Assembly (NCBI GenBank): GCA_965205265.1
Contig: CBDBGH010000003.1
Coordinates: 160,001 to 224,000 of the forward strand
Length of the DNA stretch: 64,000 nucleotides
Reading direction: 5' to 3'
Source of the DNA: Alphaproteobacteria bacterium
Lineage (GTDB): Bacteria; Pseudomonadota; Alphaproteobacteria; Bin95
Part shown: positions 53,456-63,119 of the stretch, piece after piece
How the letters are laid out: each line of letters opens with the position of its first letter
Position numbering within the stretch: position 1 is the first letter of the stretch
Translations under genes and position numbers: made by a program
Notes under the pieces: model-generated
Seen by the model: only the letters and a program-made list of their open reading frames with translations
What the model was told of the DNA's origin: nothing
Databases searched by the model: none

Positions 53456-54496
53456 ATGACCGTCGAAACCCCCGACGCCGCCGCCATGTCCGCCCAGGCG
53501 GAGCTTCACCACCAGTATCTGCTGGGCCTCGAACTCATGGTGGCCGCGAACGAGCGGCCGGAGGCGGTGGGCGAGTGGATGCGCCGCCTCTTCCGCCGGC
53601 TGCACGAAGAGAAGTTCCTTTCGAGCTTCAGGAAGTTGGGGCTGGAGGGTCTGCCGGATGCGGTGGCCTGCGCCCGGTATCACACGCTCTCGAACGTCAT
53701 CGGCGGCGTCCCCGTGGAGTATATGGAAGAGTCCGACCGCAAGGCCTGGGTCCGCTTCCGCTATCCGCGCTGGATGTTCGACGGGCCGGCGATCTGCGGC
53801 ATGCCCGTCGAGGCGGGCCGGGGCTTCCTGCGCGGCTGGTATGCTCAGAACGGCGTCACCCTGGGCAATCCCCGGCTCGGCTTCGTCTGCGTGTCGGAGG
53901 ACGTGACCGGCCAGTTCGGCTTCTGCGGCTATTTCAGGGAATACGACCGCGAGCTCGCCGAGGACGAGCGCCTGGTTTTCGCCCCCGATGAGCGCCCGCC
54001 GCCCTTCGACCCCGACCGGCAGCCGGCCGCGCCCGAAGCGGACTGGAGCGGGGAGCGGCTCGCGAAGGCCAACCGGAACTATGCGGCGGAATTCATCCGC
54101 AACGGCATCCGCGAGCTGGTGGCGACGGTCGGCGAGGCGAGGGCGCTGGAGCACGGAAAACGCGCCGCGCGGCTGACCGGCCTGCAGCAGTACTGCCGGA
54201 TGGCCGGGGCCGTGGGCGGCGTGGACGGCGGGCCAGCGGAGGCGGCGGCGTTCCTCGCCGCCATGTTCCGGGGCATGGGCGATGGCGTCGAGGCGCGGGA
54301 CGCCGGGGCCGGCGCCGCTTCCCTGCGCCAGTCGGGGCTCCGGATCGCGCGCGGCTTCGCCGGGGCCGAGCGTGCCAACCTGCTGGCCTGCTGGATCGAA
54401 CTCTGGCGCGGCGCCGTCGCCTCCCACCGCCGGTTCATGGAGGTCGAAGCCGAAGCCGAAGGCGACAGCCTGCTATGGACGATCCGCCCGGCTTGA
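53456..54496 (+). CDS. Hypothetical protein (346 aa)
   Basis: Long ORF with host-like codon usage; GAAGGA RBS; no family recognised. Confidence 0.75.
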   Translation: MTVETPDAAAMSAQAELHHQYLLGLELMVAANERPEAVGEWMRRLFRRLHEEKFLSSFRKLGLEGLPDAVACARYHTLSNVIGGVPVEYMEESDRKAWVRFRYPRWMFDGPAICGMPVEAGRGFLRGWYAQNGVTLGNPRLGFVCVSEDVTGQFGFCGYFREYDRELAEDERLVFAPDERPPPFDPDRQPAAPEADWSGERLAKANRNYAAEFIRNGIRELVATVGEARALEHGKRAARLTGLQQYCRMAGAVGGVDGGPAEAAAFLAAMFRGMGDGVEARDAGAGAASLRQSGLRIARGFAGAERANLLACWIELWRGAVASHRRFMEVEAEAEGDSLLWTIRPA

Positions 54497-54565
54497 AGGC
54501 GGGGAGGCTTGCCTGAAGGAATTCCCCACACCAGGTCACATGCCGCTCCTGTAGAAAGTAAGCCA

Positions 54566-54769
54566 ATGCCCTCTTCCCAGAAGACAACAGCAAAAGATAT
54601 CTGCCGGCTTGCGTCCGGCTTCGCCGAGGAAGCGCGCAGGCAATCTTCGGCCATTGCTGCCAGCACCCATGCCGAAGACGATCAAGCATTCATCGACTCG
54701 ATTTCGGAAATCGAAGAAATGTGGTCCCGGCATAACATGACGCCTGGAAGCCGTCCGCAATCTGAGTAG
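54566..54769 (+). pseudogene. Degenerate DUF3018/MazE-like antitoxin
   Basis: FAEEARRQS.AIAAS.HAEDDQAFIDSIS C-terminal signature; the usual GLRPxQIWVPD segment is absent. Confidence 0.6.
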
Positions 54770-54837
54770 ACTCCTCGAACAGGTGCAATCCCTTGAAATT
54801 TATGGGATATTGGGGTGCAGCGAGGAGGAGAGGCAGG

Positions 54838-55563
54838 ATGGGCAACCGGGTGGAATTCGACGCGGAGCTCGGCGCCACCTTCGTGCGCTACGCGCATATG
54901 GTCGCGAGGCGCGGCTATGTCCACAACACGCTCGGAAACATGGTGATCCGCAAGCCGCATCCGGACTTCGAGCATGGCGTGGCCTATACCAAGCATGCGG
55001 AAATTTCCCTTGAGGAAATGACCGCGGACAACATCGTCGTCACCGACATCCCGACAAGCCGCCTGCTCCACGGCGAGGCGATGACGAGCGTCGGCCACAA
55101 CCTCAACCGCGAGATACTCAGGCTCCGGCCCGACATCCATGCGGTCATCCACGTCCATCACGACGAGACGATTGCGTTCTTCGGCTCCGGCGCCTTCCGG
55201 GAAGTCCGGATCCTCTCGCTCGACATGCCGTTCATCCACGGCAAGCCGCCCTACTATGTGGCGGCGGATATCGACGTCGAAACCGATGTCGGGCCGGTCG
55301 GGGACTTCATCGCCGACACCAATTGCGTGGTGCTGCTCGGGCACGGCGTCACGACCCTCGGGCGGACGATCTCCGAGGCCTATCACCGGCTGACCTCATT
55401 CGCCGCCGAGGTGAAGCGCAACATCATCGCCGAGCATCTCGCCGCGATCAAAGGCAGCAGGGTCGCATATCGGAGCCAGGAGGAAATCGACCTCATGCAC
55501 CGCTTCGCGGAGCGGATCATCTATCCCGACCGGGCGGAAGCCGTGATGGCGGCGGAGGAGTGA
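54838..55563 (+). CDS. Class II aldolase/adducin family protein
   Basis: GN motif, RPDIHAVIHVH, VLLGHGVTTLG..EAY. Confidence 0.85.
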   Translation: MGNRVEFDAELGATFVRYAHMVARRGYVHNTLGNMVIRKPHPDFEHGVAYTKHAEISLEEMTADNIVVTDIPTSRLLHGEAMTSVGHNLNREILRLRPDIHAVIHVHHDETIAFFGSGAFREVRILSLDMPFIHGKPPYYVAADIDVETDVGPVGDFIADTNCVVLLGHGVTTLGRTISEAYHRLTSFAAEVKRNIIAEHLAAIKGSRVAYRSQEEIDLMHRFAERIIYPDRAEAVMAAEE

Positions 55564-55582
55564 CGGACGGACCGTTGCCCGC

Positions 55583-56602
55583 TCAGCCCGACGCCGCCCG
55601 CAGGCGCGACAGGGCGGCCTCGGCCCGCTGCCTGACGGCCGCCGACCGGTGCTTCAGCGATATGTTTTCGAGCGCGAGAAGAGCTTCCGGGTCCCCGGCT
55701 TCACCCATTTCGATGGCGCGTTCGTCCCGCCGGTCGTACCAGCGATATTCGAAGGGCTGGACCGCCAGCGGCAGGTCCCGCCAGTAGTATTTCAGCGGGT
55801 CGTCCTCCTCCCAGTCCGCATAGAGGTCTTCCCAACTCCGCATCTGGTGCGAGACGCCGAGATATTTCTCGCCCACCGGTTCCGACAGCGGCTGGTAGCG
55901 GCAGTCCATGGAGACCCGCATCGCGCCCGATGCGTTCGGCAGGCCCTTGTGGATCGTCTGGCAGTTGTGGATGAGCACGTCGCCGATCCGCATCGGGCTC
56001 CAGCGCCAGTCGCAGGCGTCGAGGTCCGCGTCGATGACCATCTGCCCCGCGCCGAGCGCCGGGCGCATGTCCAGCACGCCGCCCTTGTGCGAGCCGGCGG
56101 CGACGGCGAGGCCGCCGCGCTTCTCGTCGATGTCGGTGAAGGGAATCCAGGCGGCCCAGTTGCGCCGGCTGCCCTCGAAATGCGTGTAGTCCTGGTGCGC
56201 CGGGGTTGCGTATTCGTCCCTGCCGGGAAAAGCGAGCCGCATCACGAAATGCGGCGGGCAGAACGCCTCCTCGCCGAACAGCCTCCCGAAGAAGCCCATC
56301 AGGTTCTCGTGCAGCTTGAGCGCATGCAGCGAGCGCAGCGACAGCTGCCTGTAGAAGACCTCCATGAAGGGCGGCTGCGGCTCCACGCAGAACTTGGAGA
56401 GGTCGGGTTTTGCACTTTCCAGCGGCGCGCCCGGCTCGATCCAGCCGGCCTCGGCCATCGGCCCCGCGATTTCCGCCGCGATCTCCTCCAGTAGCGGACG
56501 CGGCAGGAGGCCCCGGACGAGGACATAGCCGTCAGCATCCGCCCGCTCCCGGAGCTTGGGCGCATCGTGCTGGATGTCCGTGGAATCGCTCAAAGGTCGC
56601 AT
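55583..56602 (-). CDS. Phytanoyl-CoA dioxygenase family (Fe/2OG) protein
   Basis: DGYVLVRGLL, HQD, WIPFTD, GSHK, GDVLIH..TIHKG, RVSMDCRY. Confidence 0.88.
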   Translation of the reverse strand: MRPLSDSTDIQHDAPKLRERADADGYVLVRGLLPRPLLEEIAAEIAGPMAEAGWIEPGAPLESAKPDLSKFCVEPQPPFMEVFYRQLSLRSLHALKLHENLMGFFGRLFGEEAFCPPHFVMRLAFPGRDEYATPAHQDYTHFEGSRRNWAAWIPFTDIDEKRGGLAVAAGSHKGGVLDMRPALGAGQMVIDADLDACDWRWSPMRIGDVLIHNCQTIHKGLPNASGAMRVSMDCRYQPLSEPVGEKYLGVSHQMRSWEDLYADWEEDDPLKYYWRDLPLAVQPFEYRWYDRRDERAIEMGEAGDPEALLALENISLKHRSAAVRQRAEAALSRLRAASG

Positions 56603-56632
56603 TGTTAAACCCTCTATTACATTTGAGCCATC

Positions 56633-56667
56633 TCGACAAATAGTATCATTTTCGATATCATATCATC
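56633..56667 (+). promoter_or_regulatory. hicAB promoter/operator
   Basis: TCGACA-N17-TATCAT with imperfect palindrome tagtatc-N6-gatatca; ATG follows the -10 by 6 nt. Confidence 0.5.
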
Positions 56668-56913
56668 ATGGACACGGTGGCAATCCTCAAGACGCTTCGC
56701 AACAATCCCAAAGGAGTCCGTTTCATCGAGTTGGCCAGAATATGCGAACATTATTTCGGCCCGCCCCGCCAGCGCGGGACCAGCCATCTCGTTTTCCGGA
56801 CTCCGTGGCCGGGCGACCCGCGCGTGAACATTCAAAACGCCAGGGGGAAGGTCAAGCCATATCAGGTCCGCCAGGTCATGAAGGCAATCGCGAAACTGGA
56901 GGGCGCGGAATGA
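56668..56913 (+). CDS. hicA: HicA-like toxin
   Basis: NPKGVRF..L, GTSHLVF (catalytic His), KPYQVRQV. Confidence 0.8.
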   Translation: MDTVAILKTLRNNPKGVRFIELARICEHYFGPPRQRGTSHLVFRTPWPGDPRVNIQNARGKVKPYQVRQVMKAIAKLEGAE

Positions 56914-57239
56914 GCGACCGCTACACCTATCGGATCACCTGGTCCGCCGAGGACGGCGAGAATGTCGGGCTGTGCGCCGAGTTTCCGTTGCTGAGCTGGC
57001 TGGCCCCGTCCCCGGAGAAAGCGCTTTCCGGCATCAAGCGGCTGGTGCGCGAGGTTGTGTCGGACATGCAGGCGGCCGGCGAGGCGCCGCCCGAACCGTT
57101 GGCCGACAAGGCCTATAGCGGCCGATTCCTGGTCCGCGTGCCGCCGGAAATGCACCGCGCTCTGGCCATGCGCGCGGCGGAGGAAGGCGTGAGCCTGAAC
57201 CGCCTGGTGAGCGCGAGACTGGCGGGCGGCCTCGGTTGA
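56910..57239 (+). CDS. hicB: HicB family antitoxin
   Basis: YTYRITWSAED..GLCAEFP, YSGRFLVRVPPEMHRALA..AAEEGVSLN (RHH); ATGA overlap. Confidence 0.88.
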   Translation: MSDRYTYRITWSAEDGENVGLCAEFPLLSWLAPSPEKALSGIKRLVREVVSDMQAAGEAPPEPLADKAYSGRFLVRVPPEMHRALAMRAAEEGVSLNRLVSARLAGGLG

Positions 57240-57247
57240 TTCGCCCG

Positions 57248-57721
57248 TCATATCGGAATGACGATCAGCACATCGACGCGCCGCGACTCCAGCACCGCCG
57301 CGCGCTCCTGGAACAGCACCTGTTCGTCCTCCACGCGCAGCAGGTCGCGGTAATTGCCGGCGGCGAACAGGTCCATGCGGCCGTCCTGCATGGTGCGCAT
57401 CACGATGAAGCTGCTGTCCGAGCGGACCAGCCCGCCTTCCGCCTCGCGCAGCCGGGGCCGGCCGAGAATGTGCCGGTAGCGGTGCGGCTCGAAGATGTTG
57501 GCGGTGCGCAGCGCCAGCACCCGGTCCTCCATCATGCCGCGCCCCTCGCACAGCATGATGCCGACCGGCAGGCCGCGTTCCTCGTTGTCGCGCGTGGTGA
57601 TGCGATAACGCCCGTCCTCGGCGAAGAAGCCCGGCCAGGCTTCCAGTTCGTCCTCGTCTACGGTCCAGGCGCAATCGAGCAGGAAATCCTCGATCCGCCG
57701 GTGCGTCTCCCAGTCGATCAT
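57248..57721 (-). CDS. Aromatic ring-hydroxylating oxygenase beta subunit
   Basis: LEAWPGFFAED..Y..TTRDN, MMEDRV, HRYRH, LIVIPI end. Confidence 0.9.
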   Translation of the reverse strand: MIDWETHRRIEDFLLDCAWTVDEDELEAWPGFFAEDGRYRITTRDNEERGLPVGIMLCEGRGMMEDRVLALRTANIFEPHRYRHILGRPRLREAEGGLVRSDSSFIVMRTMQDGRMDLFAAGNYRDLLRVEDEQVLFQERAAVLESRRVDVLIVIPI

Positions 57722-58977
57722 GCGTAGCCCATCAGGCCGCGATAGCCGCTCCAAAAGCCCCGGATCGAGACTTCGGTGGCACGCGAGCTTTCGCTGGACT
57801 CGAGCCCGCGCCCGCCCATCTCCAGCACGGCCGCGGCGTCGCCGCTGCCCCTTGTGCCGCGTTGGACGAATTCGTTGATGCAGCCGTCCTCCAGCGACAC
57901 CAGCCCGGCCGCGCCTGTCAGGTTCGCCTGCAGCACGCGCATGGCCGTCATCTCCTCGCTGTCGTCGGCATAGCCGAGATAGGTCCAGACGAGCTCCGTC
58001 TCCTCCAGCCCGCGCGGCACGAAATTGCGCACGCAGAGCGAGTTCAGGGTGAAGTGCACCGCCAGGGTCGGGAAGATCGACTGCACCGAGTGGGTGATGC
58101 CGTCGTCGAATTCGTCCTCCGTCTCCAGCAGCGCCGGGCCGTTGAGCTTCGAGTCGTAGCTGGCCGAATGGACCTTGGCGTCCCTGTATTCCGCCGCCTC
58201 CTCGAGGGTGGCGCGCTTGGCGTAGCTGATATGGTGCCAGGGCGTCCCTTCCGAGAGCAGGATGCCGCCGTCCATATCCAGCCGGTTCACCTTGAAGGTG
58301 GTGTAGAAGGTGTGCAGCAGGGTGGCGTGGTAGGAATCGCGCACATTCTCGGCGTAGAGCTTCCAGTTGTTGTGGATGATCTGGCTGTGGGTGCCGAGCA
58401 CCTTCAGCGGGCGCGCGCCGAGATTGCGCTTCAGGAAATGCGCCATGGTCGGCCCGACCCACTCCTCGACCGGCGGCATGTCGGGCTCGAAGGTGCCGAA
58501 GACCAGGCCGCAGAATGTCTCGACGCGGATCGGCTGCATGCGGTGGCGGGCGGGGTCGAAATCCTCCGGCATGCCGCCCTTGCCCTTCAGCCCGCCGCGG
58601 AACGCCACGCCGCGCAGCCGCCCGTCGAGATGGTAGGTCCAGGAGTGGTAGATGCAGGAGAAGTGCTTGCGGTTGCCCCGCTCGGCGAGGCAGACCAGCG
58701 CGCCCTTGTGCGCGCAGCGGTTGACCATGCCGCGCAGTTCGCCCGTCTCGTCCCGCGCGACGACGATGGGCGTCTCGCCGATGAAGGCGGTGCGGAAGTC
58801 GCCGGGCTCGGCCACCTCCAGCTCCAGGCAGAGATAGTTCCAGACCGGCCCCCGGAAGAGCCGCTCCTGCTCGAGCGCATAGACGTCGCGGTCCGAGAAG
58901 AGCCGGTAGGGCACACGGGAGACGCCGCCCTCCGGCCAGGCCGGCATGATGTCGCCCGGATTCGCAGTCATGTTCAT
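57718..58977 (-). CDS. Rieske oxygenase alpha subunit (anthranilate/salicylate/terephthalate-type)
   Basis: NRCAHKG..CIYHSW Rieske motif; NWKLYAENVRDSYHATLLH; SLEDG. Confidence 0.9.
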   Translation of the reverse strand: MNMTANPGDIMPAWPEGGVSRVPYRLFSDRDVYALEQERLFRGPVWNYLCLELEVAEPGDFRTAFIGETPIVVARDETGELRGMVNRCAHKGALVCLAERGNRKHFSCIYHSWTYHLDGRLRGVAFRGGLKGKGGMPEDFDPARHRMQPIRVETFCGLVFGTFEPDMPPVEEWVGPTMAHFLKRNLGARPLKVLGTHSQIIHNNWKLYAENVRDSYHATLLHTFYTTFKVNRLDMDGGILLSEGTPWHHISYAKRATLEEAAEYRDAKVHSASYDSKLNGPALLETEDEFDDGITHSVQSIFPTLAVHFTLNSLCVRNFVPRGLEETELVWTYLGYADDSEEMTAMRVLQANLTGAAGLVSLEDGCINEFVQRGTRGSGDAAAVLEMGGRGLESSESSRATEVSIRGFWSGYRGLMGYA

Positions 58978-59867
58978 TGCGGCAACTCCTTCAGCGCGGC
59001 GGCGATGGCGCTGCGCTGGCTGTTGGAGGCGGCCGGCATCGGCCGGCGCGGCAGGCCGCCCGCGAGGCCCTGGAAGTCGAGCGCCGCCTTGACCGCCGCC
59101 GGCAGGTTGTCGTCGATCATCGCGTTCCAGAGCGCAAGCAGCCTGAGGTGCAGGTCGAGCGCAGCCGGGTGGTCGCCGGCCTCGACCGCGTCCCAGAGGG
59201 TCACGCAGGCCCGGGGCGCGGCGGTCAGGATCGCCGCGACGGCCCCGTGCGCGCCGAGCGTGAAGGAGGGATACATGAGGGCGTCCACCGCGCTCATGAT
59301 GCGCGCGCCCTCCGGGGCGGTCGCCATCAGGTCGGCGAACAGCTTGAGGTCGCCCGCGCTCTGCTTGACGCCGGCCACGCCCGGTATGTCGGTCATGATC
59401 TCGACCAGGAGCTCGGGCGAGAGATAGGTCCAGGGCACGACATTGTAGATGATGATGGGCGAGGCGACGGCGTCCGCCATCTCGCGGAAATGCTCCTTCA
59501 TGTGGGCGTCGTCGGGCCGGAAGAGGTAATGCACGGGCGTCACCTGCAGCGCGGCCGCGCCGGCGTCGGCCGCCGCCCGGCCGCGCTCGATGGCCTGGGC
59601 CGTCGAATCGACGATGATCCCGGCGATGACGGGCGCGCGCCCGTCCGCCTCCTCGACCGCGATAGCCGTCAGCCGGCAGACCTCGTCGGTGGAGAGCGCA
59701 TGGCCTTCGCCCGTGCTGCCCGCAACCGCGAGGCCGTGGACCCCGGCGTCGAGCAGGAAGCGCGCCTCCGCCCGGAACGCCGCCTCCTCGATGGCGCCCG
59801 CCGCCGAAAACGGCGTCGTCATGGGCGGCACGATGCCCCGGATCGCGTCCGGACCGAACTCAGCCAT
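58974..59867 (-). CDS. Dihydrodipicolinate synthase (NAL) family protein
   Basis: TTPF, GSTGE, IIYN, GVKQS Schiff-base Lys. Confidence 0.88.
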   Translation of the reverse strand: MAEFGPDAIRGIVPPMTTPFSAAGAIEEAAFRAEARFLLDAGVHGLAVAGSTGEGHALSTDEVCRLTAIAVEEADGRAPVIAGIIVDSTAQAIERGRAAADAGAAALQVTPVHYLFRPDDAHMKEHFREMADAVASPIIIYNVVPWTYLSPELLVEIMTDIPGVAGVKQSAGDLKLFADLMATAPEGARIMSAVDALMYPSFTLGAHGAVAAILTAAPRACVTLWDAVEAGDHPAALDLHLRLLALWNAMIDDNLPAAVKAALDFQGLAGGLPRRPMPAASNSQRSAIAAALKELPQ

Positions 59868-59951
59868 TGCCTGCCTCCTTGCCGCCCGGACTGTAGCAAA
59901 ACCCCCGCGCCGCACAATCCGCGCGGCTGAGGCGGCATTCCCCTCCCGATG

Positions 59952-60464
59952 TGTCATGGAATGTCATGCGATGTCATGTTCTGCATGCGTGGGGCTCATA
60001 TGCTGTAGCCGGTTCTGGCATGAAGGCCATCTATCGATCTGGCAGGGCCTTGCCCCGTTGCACGGTCGCTGGCCCTCTCCCGGCCTCTCCTGCAAGCGGG
60101 GGAGGAGAGTTCGAGCGTCCTGCCGACCTCCTCGAAACCGTATCCGTAAGCATTCTGCATGTCGTTCCTTCATCCCGTTTCGTTCCACTCCGTTCCCTTC
60201 TCCCTTCGCCCCGCCGCCGGGCTGACCGGCGCGGCGGGACCCTGATTCGCGCGTATCCTGCGCGCGCGCCCGTGCCGGCGGGGGCGCGTGTTTCGCGGCG
60301 GCGCGGCTCGCGCGCCTGATTGCCCGCGCGCGAGGCAGGTGCCGGACGCACTTCGCCTGTCGGCTGAATCGGGGTCGTTCCGCACCGGGTCGGCGCGGGC
60401 GGGAAGCGGTCCGCGCGGACTCCACTCCCTCGGACCCATCATAGCACATTTTCTGAGAATACAA
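59952..60464 (-). repeat. Dispersed structured element, copy D (promoter, core, short ORFs, three ATGACA boxes)
   Basis: TTGTAT-N15-TATGAT then GGGTCCGAGGGA as in copy A; helix 60366-60376 with 60238-60248; perfect TCGCGCGC/GCGCGCGA stem. Confidence 0.8.
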
Positions 60465-60480
60465 GTCCTATAGAGAAATA

Positions 60481-61140
60481 TTACTTGAATACATATCGGT
60501 ATAAACGAGGTTTGTTCCCGGCGCGCCGGGCTCTACCGTGTCGCGGACGAACTGGCGCACGGTGTCTCCAGTGGCCCTGCGGACGGCTACGGCGCGTATC
60601 CGGTTGGTCTTGCGGTCCCTTGATGTCGAGGATGGGCGCCTTGCCGCCAAGGCCGCCTCTGGAGGTCTCCTTGTGGCGTTTGGGGGAGGCGTTCTTGCGC
60701 TTGCGGCCGAAGTAGCTCTCATCGGCTTCGGCTGGGCCGGCGAACATGGAACCGGCCTCGTTCGCCCATGCCTCTCGGATGCGATGGAGCATGAACCATG
60801 CGGTCTTCAGCGTTACACCGATGTCTTTGGCGAACTGGAGAAAGGCGATCCCCTTGGGTTGGGTTATCTCCATGTGTATGGCGAAGGCCCATTTCTGCAG
60901 GGGAACCTTTGGGTTTTCGAGGAAGGATCCGACTTTGACGGAGAATGCGCGCTTGCAGTTATGGGAGGCCGAATGTCTTGCTGGCTTTAGCGGTGTTGGT
61001 GGAGCCGCAGTGTGGGCAGTATCGGCTGTCGGGCCACATGACGGATTCGAACCATGCTGCCGCGGCCTCCTCGTCGGGGAAGAGTTGTTCTAAGTGGAAA
61101 GGGCTATCACCTCCCGCTGGGTCTTGCCGTTGTCCGTCAT
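60481..61140 (-). pseudogene. IS1595 family transposase, frameshifted and 3'-truncated
   Basis: FPDEEAA..WFES..WP..CPHCGS Zn ribbon; KTAWFMLHRIRE; EADESYFG; VYTD; pieces lie in different frames with early stops. Confidence 0.88.
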
Positions 61141-61682
61141 GGGGTGCTCTCCTGCGCCCAAGGCCCGAGCAGCTTCCGCATGTCATTGATCGCGTTTCTG
61201 GCTTCCTTCAACTTTCCACGTTCGACTGCGGGCCGCACTGTGGCGAGGAACGCAGTCCATCTTTGAAGTAATCTGCGGAATGCGATTTCGCCTTCCCCAT
61301 CCACGATATTCAGTCCTGGGCAACCGATGGAGAAATCGTTCTCCAAGGTGTTTTTCACCCGTAGAGCTAGGCTTGCCGCCATTGCTCGTTTGGTTGCGTC
61401 GGGCGGGTCAGAGAAGGCTTCTGCGAAAATCTCTTGGGCCTCTGCGACCATACGGGCATGGGCTCTAAGGCGTTGTGACGGTAGGAGGCTGATGACGAGT
61501 GCTGTGGCTACGGCGAGGCCACAGACCAGGTAGATTTCAGTCCAGCCGATGTAAGGGCCGAATACGCCGCCTTGAGCGCCACCCAAGAAGCTCATGACGA
61601 CACCGTAGAAGAAGGCGACCACGGCCCACCAGGACACGGCATCGCGCATCCAATACAGGAAGAGCGCCCCTCGTCCCCCCAT
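61137..61682 (-). CDS. Hypothetical membrane protein, possible IS1595 passenger
   Basis: Two N-terminal TM segments; lower GC; stop overlaps the transposase ATG (ATGA); start 61682 or 61649. Confidence 0.6.
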   Translation of the reverse strand: MGGRGALFLYWMRDAVSWWAVVAFFYGVVMSFLGGAQGGVFGPYIGWTEIYLVCGLAVATALVISLLPSQRLRAHARMVAEAQEIFAEAFSDPPDATKRAMAASLALRVKNTLENDFSIGCPGLNIVDGEGEIAFRRLLQRWTAFLATVRPAVERGKLKEARNAINDMRKLLGPWAQESTP

Positions 61683-61830
61683 GCCCCGTCTCCAACCAAA
61701 GCTGTGGCTGCATGATGGCACGAAATGGCACTGAACATTCGCGTTCCCTTGTTTTTCAAGAGTTTCGTTCAGTGTTCTATATAATTGAGGAATATTACCT
61801 AAATTTCATGAAAGACCGGCCTCCTGTTCG

Positions 61831-62091
61831 TCAGCCAGACCTGTCCTGTGCCCTCACATAGCTTTCGAGCACGCGATTAATTCGCGTCTGGTACCCCTTT
61901 CCCGGCGCGCGAAAGTGGTTCAGCACCGAGCGTTTGATTCGCAGCGTCACCTGTTCAGTCCGGTCCGGTTCGACCGGTTCGGCCTCGCGCCAGAAGCCCG
62001 CATCCAGTTCCGGGATGTCGCTGAAGTCTATCGCGCTGTCCTCGACGATTGCGATTTCAGCGGTTGTCAGGGGTTTTGCCTGTTCTGTCAC
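61831..62091 (-). CDS. BrnA family antitoxin (orphan)
   Basis: IDFSDIPELD..FW..A, QVTLRI...VL..FR..GKGYQTRINRVLESYV; start uncertain. Confidence 0.8.
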   Translation of the reverse strand: MTEQAKPLTTAEIAIVEDSAIDFSDIPELDAGFWREAEPVEPDRTEQVTLRIKRSVLNHFRAPGKGYQTRINRVLESYVRAQDRSG

Positions 62092-62195
62092 AGCATGCGG
62101 CCTGTCGTTCCGAGGAGTCGGGTATGCGGAGGCGGGGACCGGCCGCTTCTCCGACGGTCCCGAACAGCCTGTATAAGCTCCAACGGCCGGAAACC

Positions 62196-63119
62196 TCAAC
62201 CGCTCACCAGGATGAGGATGCCGGCTATGACGAGGAGGATGCCGGTGATTTCGAGGCGCGAGCTGCGTTCCTTGAAGATGAAGATGCCGGCGGCGAAGGT
62301 GAAGACCAGCTCGATCTGGCCGAGCGCGCGGACATAGGCGACGTTCTGGAGCGTCATGGCGGTGAACCAGCCGATGGAGGAGAGTGCGCCGGCGAAGCCC
62401 GCAAGGCTGGCCCAGCGCCAGGACCTCAGCACGGCGCGAAGCTGGCCGGGCTCCCGCCAGGCCATCCACAGCGCCATGCCGACCGTTTGCGCCAGGATGA
62501 CGAAGGCGAGCGTGAAGCCCGCCTGCATCAGGAAGCCCGGCCCGCCTCCGGAATCGGGGTCCCCGAGCGAGAGCGACGCCGCCCGGAAGGCGACCGCGGA
62601 GACGCCGAACAGCGTGCCGGAGAAGATGCCGATGAGCGCCGTCCGCTCGGTCCAGCCGAGCCACAGCCTCCTCCAGTCGAGTTCGCTCTTCGCCGTGGAG
62701 AGCAGCATGACGCCGATCAGGCTGATGAAGATCGCCACAGCGGCCGCAAGGCTGACGCCGTCGCCGAGGATGACCAGCCCGAACAGCGCCGCCTGCACCG
62801 TCTCGGTCTTGGAATAGGTGGTGCCGACCGCGAAGTCGCGGAAGGAGAACAGCCAGACCAGGCAGAAGGTGGCGCCGATCTGCGTCACCCCGCCGACAAG
62901 GCCGTAGATGAAAAACGCCGCATTGGGCTCGGGCCAGTCCATCCCGGCGCCGTAATGCAGCGCCAGCACATAGGCGGCCAGCACCGGGACCCCGTAGCCG
63001 AACCGCGAGAAGGTCGCGCCCGCGGTCGAGAGCACGCCCTTGAGGTGCTTCTGGACGGCGCTTCGGAGGTTCTGGCAAAAGGCGGCGAAGATCGTGACCG
63101 GAATCCAGAGCTCGATCAC
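62196..63119 (-). CDS. DMT/EamA family transporter
   Basis: About 10 TM; QNLRSAVQKHL, FAVGTTYSKTE, YVRALGQIEL. Confidence 0.88.
   Translation of the reverse strand: MIELWIPVTIFAAFCQNLRSAVQKHLKGVLSTAGATFSRFGYGVPVLAAYVLALHYGAGMDWPEPNAAFFIYGLVGGVTQIGATFCLVWLFSFRDFAVGTTYSKTETVQAALFGLVILGDGVSLAAAVAIFISLIGVMLLSTAKSELDWRRLWLGWTERTALIGIFSGTLFGVSAVAFRAASLSLGDPDSGGGPGFLMQAGFTLAFVILAQTVGMALWMAWREPGQLRAVLRSWRWASLAGFAGALSSIGWFTAMTLQNVAYVRALGQIELVFTFAAGIFIFKERSSRLEITGILLVIAGILILVSG

Noticed and set aside
60072-60110. ccctctcccggcctctcctgcaagcgggggaggagag hairpin inside copy D as a separate RNA
   Set aside because: Single degenerate copy resembling common alphaproteobacterial intergenic palindromes; insufficient support
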